From NCBI GenBank assembly GCA_964016885.1, contig OZ024747.1, positions 84,568,001 through 84,632,000 of the forward strand: a stretch of DNA of 64,000 bases. Direction: 5' to 3'. This document shows positions 51,990-64,000 of the stretch, one piece after another. This stretch comes from Eledone cirrhosa (taxonomy: Eukaryota). Position numbers and translations under genes: made by a program. Every line of letters begins with the position of its first letter. The first letter of the stretch is position 1. Below the pieces are notes generated by a model that saw only the letters and a program-made list of their open reading frames with translations, did not search any database and was not told the DNA's origin.

Positions 51990-52131
51990 CGTCCAAACAA
52001 GTATCCTCCACCTCCAACTAACTTATCCTCGACTTCTTTCTCAGCTGACAGGATGGAGAATAGAGGGTGGCAAGGGAAATATGCTGGAACACCAACTCCA
52101 CCTGTGGGTAACCATCTCCACTCCAATAGCA
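51990..52131 (+). CDS. Gene 2 candidate exon 3 (RPNKYPPPPTNLSSTSFSADRMENRGWQGKYAGTPTPPVGNHLHSNS; phase 0 to 1); product not recognised
   Basis: Acceptor ...tgtgtag|C, donor A|gtaagc, 142 nt open, Pro/Ser-rich, in-frame ATG at 52053. Confidence 0.62.
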
Positions 52132-54134
52132 GTAAGCAGGTTCAAGGGCCAAGAATGCCAGTCTCCACATTTTACATTACAAACACAATGTTTAATTTTA
52201 ATGGTATTCTGGTATTGTCTTGTTTTTGCTTTTTATTTTGCCATTTCATTCACACTATTAAACATGCCGACACAGACATTTGTTTCTCCTGTGTTGGTCT
52301 ACCATCAAGTGTTTGGATTTTTGCCCTCTTGGATTACCTGAAGTTCCTGCACCATGGATTATACAACTGGATTACCATGTGTATCATCACCATCACCATT
52401 TATTTTCCATGCTTAAATATATATATGTGTGTGTGCAGTGAATTGGCAGTCATTAGAATGTTGGACGTTAAACAATGATGATGATTGTATTCATTCTGAC
52501 TCTCTGAACTCAAATCCCACCGAAGTCGACTTTGCCTTTAATTCTTTAGAAGTTGATAAAAAGGAAGTACGAGTCCAGTACTGGGGTCAATTCACCATAT
52601 CTCTTCAAATTGGTTGTGTTCAGAATTGCAGCGAGATCCACAAGTTATGGGTCCATATATACACACACACACACATACGGATGCTACCCACATTACATAT
52701 CCCATGTATATTGACTATTTAATGCATTCTATTTTTATGTTAATAGATATCTAAACTCCCATGAAGATAGAGGATAAAGTAATGATCTACAACTAATAGC
52801 TCTTCTGCATGAATGTCTATATATAACAATCTTAAGAGATGTATCGGATATCTTTAAAGATCTTATTGAATATCATTACACTTCTAACAAAATTAACAGA
52901 TTTACTATGAAAATCTTTCAAAGAGATTAAAATATGGAAGAATTATTTTCTTGTAGTCGGAAGCATATTTCTTAAGGGCTAAATGCCAACTTAGTTTTTC
53001 AGTAAATGTCAGTTTGAGCTTTCATTTCATAAGCACTTCAATAATTACCCTAGTAAGGAAATTGGACTGACATTCACAGAAAATTTATTTGGAATAATAA
53101 ATAACGTTGGCATTAGAAGACGGAAAATGCATATAAGTATGCTTGCTTGCATGTCTATATATACATATGTACAAACATATACACACATACACAAATATGT
53201 ACACATATGTATATATACGGGTGTGTATACATACACACACGCATAAGGGATTATTAATATTATCGTCCTCAGTTTGGTTTGCTGATATCTAATCAGCAAT
53301 CATTTGTGTAGGTTCTCTACAATTGTCTAATATCTCTTTGTCAACAGGGAAATACTGATGTTGTAACTGATAGGTTGAATGACAATGGCATTTTTCGCTT
53401 TCATTGGCACAGTGCCTCAAAGTATATATTATCGTTTTATGTCTATTTTCCATGCTTGCATTCTTTAAATGGGATATAGATATAACTTGTACTTTTCTGA
53501 TAGTTGCTAGTAAGCCAAACAAGTGAAGAGAATCCAGTTAAGAATTGAACTGACTACCTTGATTGAATGGCTAAATTGCTAAATCAGGATATTGATGTAT
53601 GATTTTTTTTTAATAAAGGTCATACTTAAATTCTCAATATGAAGAAAATAAATGCAAGGATTGGAAAGAGCATTGTAGATTTATTGTGCATATGTTAGTT
53701 ACTTAAATGGTATGATCAAGGATTATCATTTAAACATTTAGAGTAACTTTTTGAATTTTAAAATGTAGCCTAAATTCCTAGAAATCATGTATCATATAGT
53801 AATGTGTGTGTGGTGGTGTGTTAGCAGCAGAGGTTGACATGATGGTAGCACTGGTTTCTCTAACCCTTTGGTGTTTACATTACCATATATTTACTTTTGT
53901 ATTTTTGTGGTAAAGGCTTTATCTCACATAACATTGAATCTATGAGATTTTGATATTTATTTTGAGAACAATACCGTAACATCAGTATAAGTGGTTAGTT
54001 ACGGCTGGTTTGAACAGAAAGAGGTGAGAGAATTTTGGTCGGATATAGCCAGTTTAAATGTTAAAGGGTTAAACATGTAATTTTTTACATGAGAAGATAA
54101 TGGAAATTATAGTCCCATGAACAAACTGAACTCC

Positions 54135-54560
54135 TTTTTACACTGGATAAAGGCGAAGTCGATGTTCTGAAAGAGCCAGTTCATTTCGTAGTGCTCGTTC
54201 TTGCGGATAGTCGTCTCGATCCTGATGGAAATGAGTAGTCAGGCTGTTCAGGATCGTGAGATGCCAGATGTTTCTTGCACTATGACTTTGACAAGAATCC
54301 TATCAGAGTACTTTGTCACTTTGTGGTCTACAGCTTGTCTGTTGACAAAGCCTGTATCTGGCACTGAGTTCACTGGGTTGCTGCTGAAGATGGTATTGCT
54401 GCAGGTCACATCCAAGATTAGGGGCTTATCACTCCAGAATAGTTTAATCCCATCACTTCTAGCTGCATTAAAGCCATATTTAATGATACCAATGAGAGTG
54501 TTATGTCAAGGCAAGCAGCAAGTGCTGAGGTAGCATGACAGTAGGTGAAGTCTAAATACA
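54135..54560 (-). mobile_element. CRE-clade LINE remnant (C-terminal restriction-like endonuclease region)
   Basis: LHLLSC...P*HNTLIGIIK...RSDGIKLFWSDKPLILDVTCSNT...KVTKY...VQETSGI...EMNWLFQNI matches the CRE pattern H.LSC..RH..RPDG..WD.TC..K..KY..ET.G..WLFQRI. Contains stops. Confidence 0.7.
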
Positions 54561-54705
54561 TTTACTGTAGACTTGCAACATCATTTGGAGACCCAAGTTT
54601 GAGTAAAGCACCAATTCAGAGACAGTCATTATCTTGCAATGTAACCACTAAACTTCACTCATATAATTATTATTAAGCCTTAATCTTCCTCAAATTAGTA
54701 TTGAT

Positions 54706-54770
54706 TTTAGACACATTGATAGATACTTTAATAAGTGCTTTAGACACATTGATAGATACATTAATAAGTG
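54706..54770 (+). repeat. 33-bp tandem duplication
   Basis: tttagacacattgatagatac.ttaataagtg x2. Confidence 0.9.
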
Positions 54771-56435
54771 TATACATATGGATGAGTATGTTTGTGTATG
54801 TACATATGAATGAGTATATGTGTGCTTGTTATTTGTATGTCATTGTATTAGAGCATATTTGCTCAACTGCAAACTCTTATCAATACCCTGAACTGTAGTG
54901 TACAGTTTATTACCTTGTAATAATGCCAAAAATCTTCTGACTCTCTTATTTCCAGTTGCAGTAATTTGATGTAATGGTAATAAACCGCATGCCCACACAC
55001 ACACCTGCTGGTCAGCAAGGTTAGCAGTCTGGCCTCTTTAATACCTGTTTACATCATGTTATTTAATTCATGAAAAATAGTTCTTTACCTTTCTAGCTCC
55101 TTGCTACTCTCATTTTTTATTTTTTTTTTTTCTGACCCCTTCTCTCTCAAATCACTTTGAGAACATATAAGAGGAATTTTACACATCAAATGAATGGTAA
55201 ATCTGAGTTTTTTTAATGCAGAATTTGCAATTAATAGAAAGGTGTATATTATGGTTCAAACATCTAAGTTAAAATTGAATAATTTTGAGTCCATTGATTT
55301 CTACCAGTGTATCAGTTCTATTGTTCATTGGTTAAATGTTCAGTTGATGATCGTGGTGTCGACTAAAAGCTATTTCGATAAAAACATTGATTTGTAGAGG
55401 CAATGTAGGCTACATGCCGACTGCTGGGCTAAAGAGTTGTTAGTTTGGGTCCAGTTAGTGGACATCTACACAATTTTAAGCTAAGCAAGCTGAAAATCAG
55501 ATAGGGGAAAAAAAGGTGGGATTTTGTATAACTTATTAGTAAATTAACCCTCTTGTAACCAAATTTCTAATGAAATAAACTGTTTCAATTAATAAATGAA
55601 TACTTTTGAGGGATTTACTAAAATTATTTCTTCATTTCTTTCACGCTTTTATTGTTGGTATTGTTTTACTAAGCGAGTCTTTAATAGTATTTGCCTAACT
55701 GATAATGACATTTTTCTCACTTGGGTTGTTCTGCTTCAGCTACCAATAAACTTACAAAATATGTCACTGTGTCCTAACAGACTACTCACTCACCTACTTG
55801 ACTAAACTACTAAAATTAAAAAAACTACATGGGGGGGGGGGGGGGGGGGGTTTCCAGTCATTAACCATTTCATTAACCATATTTCTAATTATTGACACTA
55901 ACTATAGTTTTTTTTTCAAATAGTTTTCAAAACAATCAATCAAGAATTTAAAATTAAGTATAAACACTTCAAAATGAAAAGCCTTTTATCATAGAACCAG
56001 GGACAGTTTCAGGCAAAAAAAAAAAAAGCCTATGAAGGACAAAACATTAAGTGAAATACCTGTTAAGAGTCCATTGTACCAGCTAAACTATTTACAATAC
56101 CAACTCTGTACCAAAAGAGTTAGATAATGCCCATACATTCATCTCACTTTGTATAGTATGAGCAAGACAGTCTTAGCCTGCATGTACAAATACTAAAATG
56201 AATTAATAACAAGATGAGCAAAGACCAGAAATATTTCCAATAACAAGCGTTTTATGGCCATTTTCCCCATGCTAAAGTAGGAGTTAGCATTGTGGGCCCC
56301 ATAACAAACCTCTCTATTTTGCACGCTCTTCATCAACCCAGTAGCTTTTATTCCCCCCCCCCCCCCCTTCTTTAGCCACGTATTTCTTGGTCTTCCCTTC
56401 CCTCCTTTCTACATTCATTTCCATTATTTCTTTCA

Positions 56436-56601
56436 GTATCGGTAGAGGGTCGGACGCCATGCTTGGACGCATAGAGTTACAGTCATTCTGAGTTCAAATC
56501 CCGCCGAGGTTAACTTTGCCTTTCATCCTTACGGGGTCGATAAAATAAAGTACCAGTAATACACTGGGTAATTGCTGGCCTTGTGCCAAAAAGTAGAAAC
56601 A
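56436..56601 (+). mobile_element. Young SINE copy with 13-bp TSD
   Basis: attatttctttca at 56423-56435 and 56602-56614. Confidence 0.85.
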
Positions 56602-59600
56602 ATTATTTCTTTCACCCAGTCATTTTCATTCTTCCATGTATATCCAGTTTAGAATAGATACACCATATTTCTGCATGTTGTAAAGGGAAACTAAAAGGGT
56701 TAGCAGTGTTTTATGGTCCAGCCATAAAACATTGCCTCAAAAGGACTCCTTGATGTGTATCAGAATGTAATGAGACATGTATCTCATCATTGCTGTAAAA
56801 TGAATTTTCTCTTGACTAACACAATGGTTAGTTTTAATAAATTCTGAAGTCTGATTTGAATTCTTATACTTCAAATCACAGGTAAACATATCTAGCTAGA
56901 TCATAGCCTGTTTCTACTTTACTCTGCAATTCCCTCTTAACGAAACTCTCCATAGCTTGCAGCTTAATTGCAGACATGATTGAATCACTCTTTAAGCATT
57001 CAATTAGCTGTCACTATTGTTAAGACAAGGACAACTGTAGCTATTCAATAACTCCCACCACCTCAAATGATCTTAACTTTTGAATTCAACATTAGTTTAG
57101 AAATGCAGATGTCATTCTAAATAATCGGTGAACTTGTAAGGTTTTATTTTCAGTTATTGACTTATTTGTAGTAATAGCAAAAGCTGTGATTAAGAAACCA
57201 TAAAGAGTTGTTGAGGGTACATATAGTAATAGGTTATGCTTTATGGGTAGTAAAGGTTTAAAATAGAATAGTAGGTTTTTTTTTTTTATTTATTTATTAA
57301 TTACATTCATGATCAAAGGGTAAAAAAATAAAGCAATTTGTTTCTTTTTAATTTCTATTTTTTTTTTTTTTAACAATTTAATATTCATTTCATCTAATTA
57401 CTATCTATAAATAAATGTTTTGAAGATCAGTGTTGTTGTAGTGATTCAGCTGTGAATCTGTTTTTATTTCTCTTGAAATCTATTATTGCAAGTCAGCCTT
57501 GTGGCAAAAATGGTAGTGATGGCTGGTTTTGCAGTATTAGTTACATAATTTTGTTTTAGTTCAAATCACACTGGGGTCAACTTTGTCTTTTATTCTTTTG
57601 AAATTTATACAATATAAGTACCAGTCATGTAATTAGTTGATTAAATTGGCTACTACATTTACTCTCAAAATTGAAGGCTTTGTGCCAATGTTGTTAGGAT
57701 TCTTAGCAAGATTATCAATATTACAAGAAATATTTGTATAAACAAGCCAATAATGTGAAATATTTCCAAATTGCAGTTACACACAAGATTATAATCAAAG
57801 CAGGAATAAAACAAGACTCTTGTGTGCATGTGTGCATTTCATTATGGTCATTGATTTTTCTGATAAGAAAAAATGGTATTTAGTGGATTAAGTGCACTTT
57901 GACTGATGATGTAACATGACTTTACTGATGACCTGGTCTTGCTTGATGAATCGCAATAGAAATATTTGAAATAACCATTAAACTGAAGTATAAGGCTAGA
58001 AAAATCAATGTGAACACTGAAAACCAGTAGAGGTGATGACAGAGGAGATAGTTTAATCACAATGAACATTCGTTAGTATATTTCTAATGAAGAAATACTG
58101 GCTATGATTTTCAAATAATTTTAAAAATAAGAATTTGGAAAGATTTAGTAAAAGAAATAAAACTTTTTCATTATTAACCCTTTAGTGTTAAAACCGGCCA
58201 GAATTCTCTACCTCTTTCTGTTAAAACTGGCTGTAACTGGTCGCTCAAACTGATGTTAAGGTATTGTTCTCAAAATAAATACTTTCAAAATCTCATAGAT
58301 TCGATATTATGTGAGGTAAAGCCTTTACCTTGAAAATATAATAGTATATATAAAATAATGTGAATGCTAAAGGGTTAAGCTAGTGTTTGGAACATAAGGC
58401 TCTTACATAAAATTATGATGGAAGATTTTTTGATAAATATAAATATTTAAAAATAAACAGTTTTCTATCATAGAATCAGGAGTGTTTTGGGTGTAAGACT
58501 CATCATCATAAGGTTGTGGATTCGATTTCTGGACTAGATGGCATGTGTTCTTTAGCTGGACACTTCATTTCATGTGCTTTTCATGATATAATTAGGGGCC
58601 CTATCATTAAAACACCCAAAAATCCTATGAAGGAGGCCAGCTAAACCTACATTGGTGTGAGCTGTAAATTTCAATATTTTTTTTTCATTTCAAGAGAATT
58701 ACCATGTCTTCAGAAAGTACTTGGATAATTTGACAAACTATTGTCAGCTTCTCAGTTAACATCTATATTCCATTAGGATATTACAGTTATGACTTTCCTC
58801 AAATAGTTTACATTTTCATGTCTGTAATTAGTTCCAGCATGCTATTTCATGCATGCATGCACTCATGCACAGCGAGAGTGTGTACATGTTTATACTAGTA
58901 GTTTCATTTCTTAAACTCAATCTGACTTTAACATGTCTTATATTAAATATCTTAATTTTCATCCTTCCATTATATTCTTCAGTTGATTCAACTGTTATGT
59001 TAATACTGTACTTTCAGGCTTCATGCTTTATTCTGACATTCTTTTATGTTGTCTGCATGTTACATCAAGTTAGAAGGGAGTGTTTTCAGCTGTTTGGTTA
59101 TAATGCTAATTTCTAGTGACATATGAGCTTATTTTTCTTAGAAAGATGAGAAAAAAAAAAATGGTACACCATGTTATTGCTATCAGTCACTGAGTGAATT
59201 TTTGCCTTCTTCCTTCCTTTCCTCAATAGTAATAAATATCTTGAAAAGAGAATTTTGGAGAGAATTTGGTTCTTCATGTTTTTGATACTAACCCACCTGA
59301 AACTGCTCCTGGTTTTATGATACAGAATTGTTTATAATCTTCTCATCATAATTTTAAGAAATACTTTGAGTTGTTGGGGTCTCAAATTAATAGCCTCAGT
59401 ATTTGTTCCAGCTCACCATGCTAGATGTTCAAATACTGCCAACATCAACTTTGCCATTCATCCTTTTGAGGTCAATAAAATATCAACCCAGTACTGGGGT
59501 TGATTCTTCCTCTAGCACTCATATTCTTTCTCTGGAAGACATTGGCTATGTTATGACCTAGAGAGGTATGGGCTCTACCAGATTTAAAATGCCCAAGGCA

Positions 59601-62366
59601 CCCCTTCGATTCATCAGGAGGAGTTAAGAGTCCTTTATCTTTATTGCTTCCTACTGCAGGATTATAAAAACAATACAAAATACCTTGTATGTACTACTGA
59701 AAAGTACTGAGTAATGTTACATCCTAATTTCATTATATTTCTAATGAAATACACTGCCATTGATTTTCAATTAATTTCGAAAATATACCTTTTAAGGTTT
59801 TAGTAAAATAACTCTTTTCATTTTTAAGTTGTTTGAAATATAAGACCAAACAAAATTTTCTTATTTAAAATATGCCATAAAATGTGGATTCAGGCAGTTT
59901 GGTATCAGAAGTGTTATGACATTGGTTCTTAAATGATATTCCTCGACACACTGGTGTGCTGTGAGATGTATCAATGTGAACTGTGAAAATGTTTAAATAG
60001 TTGCAAGTTTTTCAAATGGTGACTAAACATTATAAAACTAGAAAAAATATAAAGGAAAGGCAGGAAGGTGGGGACTTTTGTTTAACCACTTTGATACCAA
60101 AACACCTTAAACTACCCATGGGTTTATGGTACAAAAGTGTTTTGTCTGTTTATCTAAAATCCTGCCATCATAATTTTATCTAAGAAAGCTTACTCCAAAC
60201 AATAAGTATTACTTATTTTCGGAATTATTTGAAAATCACTAGCAATGTATTTCATTGTAAATATAGTAACAAAAGGGTTAAATGAAGTGGTTTTAACTTG
60301 GTTCAATATTGATAATAGGTGAAGACCACATTATGTTGTTTTTTGTTTGTTTTTCTGTTTATATGTATTATTATCATCTGGTATTCTTTGAACTGTTTTC
60401 TTCTGAGAACTGTCTTTATGTAGTCAATACAAGTAAGACAAGTTATCCACTTTGTACTTGGTTCGTTTACATTCAAGTTAGGTGAGTAGAGTTGTTAGGC
60501 AGCATAATGTTTTTTCATAATCTTGTCATATACAATTGTCTTTTAAGTTTTAATATCCATTCAGCTCTTTAAAAAAGAATATATTCATACTCTTTCTTTA
60601 CTTTTCATTAATTGAGGATTACTTACTTAGATGCATATCCACCTGGATAATAGTATAGTTATTAAATATATATATATATATACATATATACCAGACTTTA
60701 ATGAAGGCATGTGGCTTAGTTGTTCAGCTCACAATCATAAATATGCAAGTTCAGTTCCCAAGCCGTGATGTTACATTGTATCTTTGAGCAAAACATTTTA
60801 TTTCATTCAACTGGAAAAAATGGATTGGGATGACACTGGTCCCAAGCTGTATTTGCCTTTCCCTTGACCAAATCAGCGACATGGAGAGAAATTGGCATAC
60901 ACATGCGAATGCTAGTTTTTCACAAAACACCTTGACTTATGCTTTGGAAATTAACTTTCTAGATGCAAACCCATCATGAGTCATGACCAAAGGGAGCTTT
61001 TTATACCATAATGTTTCTTTGTCAATACTTACTGAATACTTTTTCACACATACAAGTTTAGTACCACATGACCAGTCTAGCCCTTGCTATCAGAGAAAAC
61101 GGATATTAAATGGTGATATTTAACATTACCATCTGCATACTTTTTAGTAGCATTGTTCACTTTGCTGCAAGCATTTCGATCAGTTCTCTAGGCTAAGGAC
61201 AGGTCAGTATCTTGATGCATTACTTTCTACTGCAGCAACAACAGCAGTAGCTTGATTATAATTTTTTTATATTTATAGGTTAAATTATATAAATACAGTT
61301 TATACACAAAGTGTGCCAAAATATACTTTATTTGCATTACTGTTGGTAAAAAAATAAGATAAAATTAGGAATTATTATATTAAGGAAATAATTATAATTA
61401 AATACAATTCTAACCTATGATTTTAAAAATTTCCATTTTGAATTCAGTTTCAGGCAGAAAAAAATTTCTTTACAGTGCCAATATTTAAAATTTAATTTTC
61501 TGCCTTAACTTTTTTTTAACCCTTTTAATATTAAACCACCTGAAATCATCCCTGGTTCTATTATACTAAGCTCTTTATTTTAAAGAATTTATATTTTTCA
61601 AAAAATCCAAACAATTCTTTCTAAATTCTTTATTAGAAATGTGATAATGAAAGGTTTAAATTGGGATAGTGGAAGAAAGTATGAAAAAATGTTGTGGCTG
61701 AGGTGTTTCCTTTACAATCATATAATGTTATTCATTTATCGGGATAGAAAATGCAAAGTTGTGAGTACAAGTAACATAACAAAAAGCTCTTGTATAAAAT
61801 TGTGTTGAAAGGTTTTAAGTAAAGAACTCTTTAAAATGGGTGGTTTTGTTTCATGGAACCAGAGGCAGTTTTGGGTCAGTTAAGCTGTACACCTAATTAT
61901 ATTTGCTTCAGTTCACCATGAACAGGCACTCTCAATCTGGGATAAATTTACAAAGGTTAAATTTGTTGATTCTGGATTTGTATGTATTTGATTTCAATTA
62001 TAAATACAATCTGAAGTTGTCCTATTTTGACAGTAGTCCTATTTTGAAGTAGTCCTATTTTGTTTATCAAAATATTAATTTTTCTTTTTACCATAATATA
62101 TTTTATATTTTGTAATTACTAGTTATTATGGGCCAAGTACTGGTATTTGTTTATCATTGGTTGTTTATAAATAGATGAAATGTTTTGTGCTATTATTGTT
62201 ATTTGAACATAAAATAATAATAAAGATATTTTAAAATTTCCCCTTTGTTACTATATTATGATGATGTAAACACATTACTGAAAAAAAAACAGGGTGGTGG
62301 GTAAATTTACTTTTGAAAAGTTGCCTTGAAGTAAACAAAACCAGAAATGTTTACGGAGACCTTTAA

Positions 62367-62582
62367 CCCTTTTGAAACCAACCCACCTAAAACTGTCCCA
62401 ATTCTATGTCAATACTCTTGTTTTAAAGCATTCATATTTAATTGTAGGATATCTTTAAGTCATGTACTAAGCTCCAACTTATTAATATGGTTAAATATGT
62501 TGCTAAATCCCTTCAAATTATTTACAAAATTAATTCAAAAACATAGGTGGTGTATTTCATTGGAAATGTGGTAATGAAAGGG
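62367..62582. mobile_element. piggyBac-like MITE family B, uninterrupted copy
   Basis: TTAA-ccctttt...tgaaaggg-TTAA. Confidence 0.78.
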
Positions 62583-64000
62583 TTAAATATGTATGTATTA
62601 AACTATTTCAAATTCGAGAACAGAGTGAATAATGGGGCTATGCAACTGGAGAACTAATGGGCCATACTGTTATTTAAAAGAAAGTGTAAAAACTTGAAAA
62701 AGGGATTGAGAATAGGATGTTTGATTGGGAGTCAGTAGGGGGTGCAAAAAAATGATAGAAATAAGGAAAAGAACACAGGTAAAATGTTTACACAAATCAT
62801 TCTTTGTGGTTTTGTTTGCTTCACTTGCATGCTTGTTCTGAATAAATGTGTAGGACATTCATAAGCAAGTCAGGCGTTCTGGATGCTTTTATTTATTATT
62901 TATTATTTAAGACAAATTCCAATATTACTCATGACTTGGTGCTATAATGGTTCTTCCCTCTTCTCTTCCGTTACTGATTGCTTAGAAGTTATTTCATTGA
63001 TTCTCACTGAATACAACAAATACTGCCATTTTCTTAATGGAAACTACTAAGTCTCTTTTCATTTGCATTTAGTGTTTTGTATATATGTATATCTTCAGTC
63101 ATGTCTACATGACTAGATTGATGTGTGGAGACAGGCAGAATATTTAGCTTTTTTAAAAATCTTATTTTCTTATTTTTTATCAGTACAGTTCCTTTTTACT
63201 GGGGCCACACACATACTTGCATGAACACACAGCTACATGATGCACACACACACACTTGCAAATACTTCAGTAATGAATATGTGTGAAGACATAATTCATT
63301 TAGTAACACTGATTGATGGGAACTCTCACAAAATGTTTATTTATTTATTTTACAATTAATATTCCCCTTCCTGATGAGATGTAGTTGATAGCACTGCATA
63401 AGATATTACAGAGGTAAGCTAGTTGGACTAGGTGTAATCCAAGCATTTAGTTTAATGCTTCAGCTGTGGAATTTACTTTGCCTTTCATCTCTTCAGCTGT
63501 ATTCATAAAGTATTAGTAATAATATACTAGTGTGGAATCTATAGCTTCCTATCATAAATCAACAAAACAAAACAGCAACAAAATGTTTTCTTTTTTTCTT
63601 TTCATTCTACATTCTTAAATTATATTGTAATAATGCAGGAAATCCCTTGCAACCAAGGTAGATGTCAATCTGTGAGAGATACATCATTATCATCATCGTT
63701 TTTATGTCTGTTTTTCCATGTTGGTATGAGTTGGACAGGACTTGTTGAGGCAGTATTTTAGTAGCTTCTTATGACATACAGGGATACGGTGTACCTATTC
63801 TAAACTGGATACACATAACTATTTAACTTATTAGTTATTACAGATCACCCATTGTATAAGGCCATTTCAGAATCTGTTTAATGACAATAGGAAGATGGCT
63901 TAGACAATTGGTGCACACTACTCTTGTATTTATTCTTGATAGCTAGGTGGACTGAGGTCTGTTTGTTGTTTCTGTAACATTTTTGGTTAATGGAAGTAAG

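Noticed and set aside
54201-54533. 110-aa plus-strand ORF as next exon of gene 2
   Set aside because: Antisense to the CRE remnant, with no suitable splice sites.
33701-63999. Numerous 60-105 aa F/L/S/Y/I-rich ORFs in the track
   Set aside because: They derive from low-complexity, microsatellite or SINE sequence, mostly have non-ATG starts and show no recognisable domains.

Overview
AT-rich, repeat-dense eukaryotic genomic DNA. The SINE/LINE/microsatellite landscape looks like a coleoid cephalopod, most likely Octopus; this is inferred from repeat families, not verified. There is one clear protein-coding gene on +: a 373-aa acidic protein with four C-terminal zinc fingers. Its CDS (8880-10001) lies in a single exon, with a non-coding exon 1 ending at 5823 and probable 3'-UTR exons. 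A second, intron-rich + gene probably starts near 35.8 kb, with three phase-compatible small exons (35832-35869, 42463-42529, 51990-52131), and continues beyond the window. The rest is transposon debris: Tx1/L1, RTE, CR1 and CRE LINE fragments, a Gypsy-type LTR, an Hsmar2-like mariner, TTAA-flanked piggyBac-like MITEs, tRNA-derived SINEs, and mini/microsatellites. Three signals stand out. (1) A type I hammerhead ribozyme with a canonical core lies in sense orientation in intron 2 of the zinc-finger gene, enclosed by a ~110-bp inverted repeat (Penelope-like). (2) An LTR is followed by a 47-bp-period array of extended tRNA-Trp primer-binding sites that appear to record reverse-transcriptase read-through of m1A58. 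(3) Several local inverted duplications are present, one fused to a SINE 5' end. All coordinates were read by eye, and repeat boundaries are approximate.
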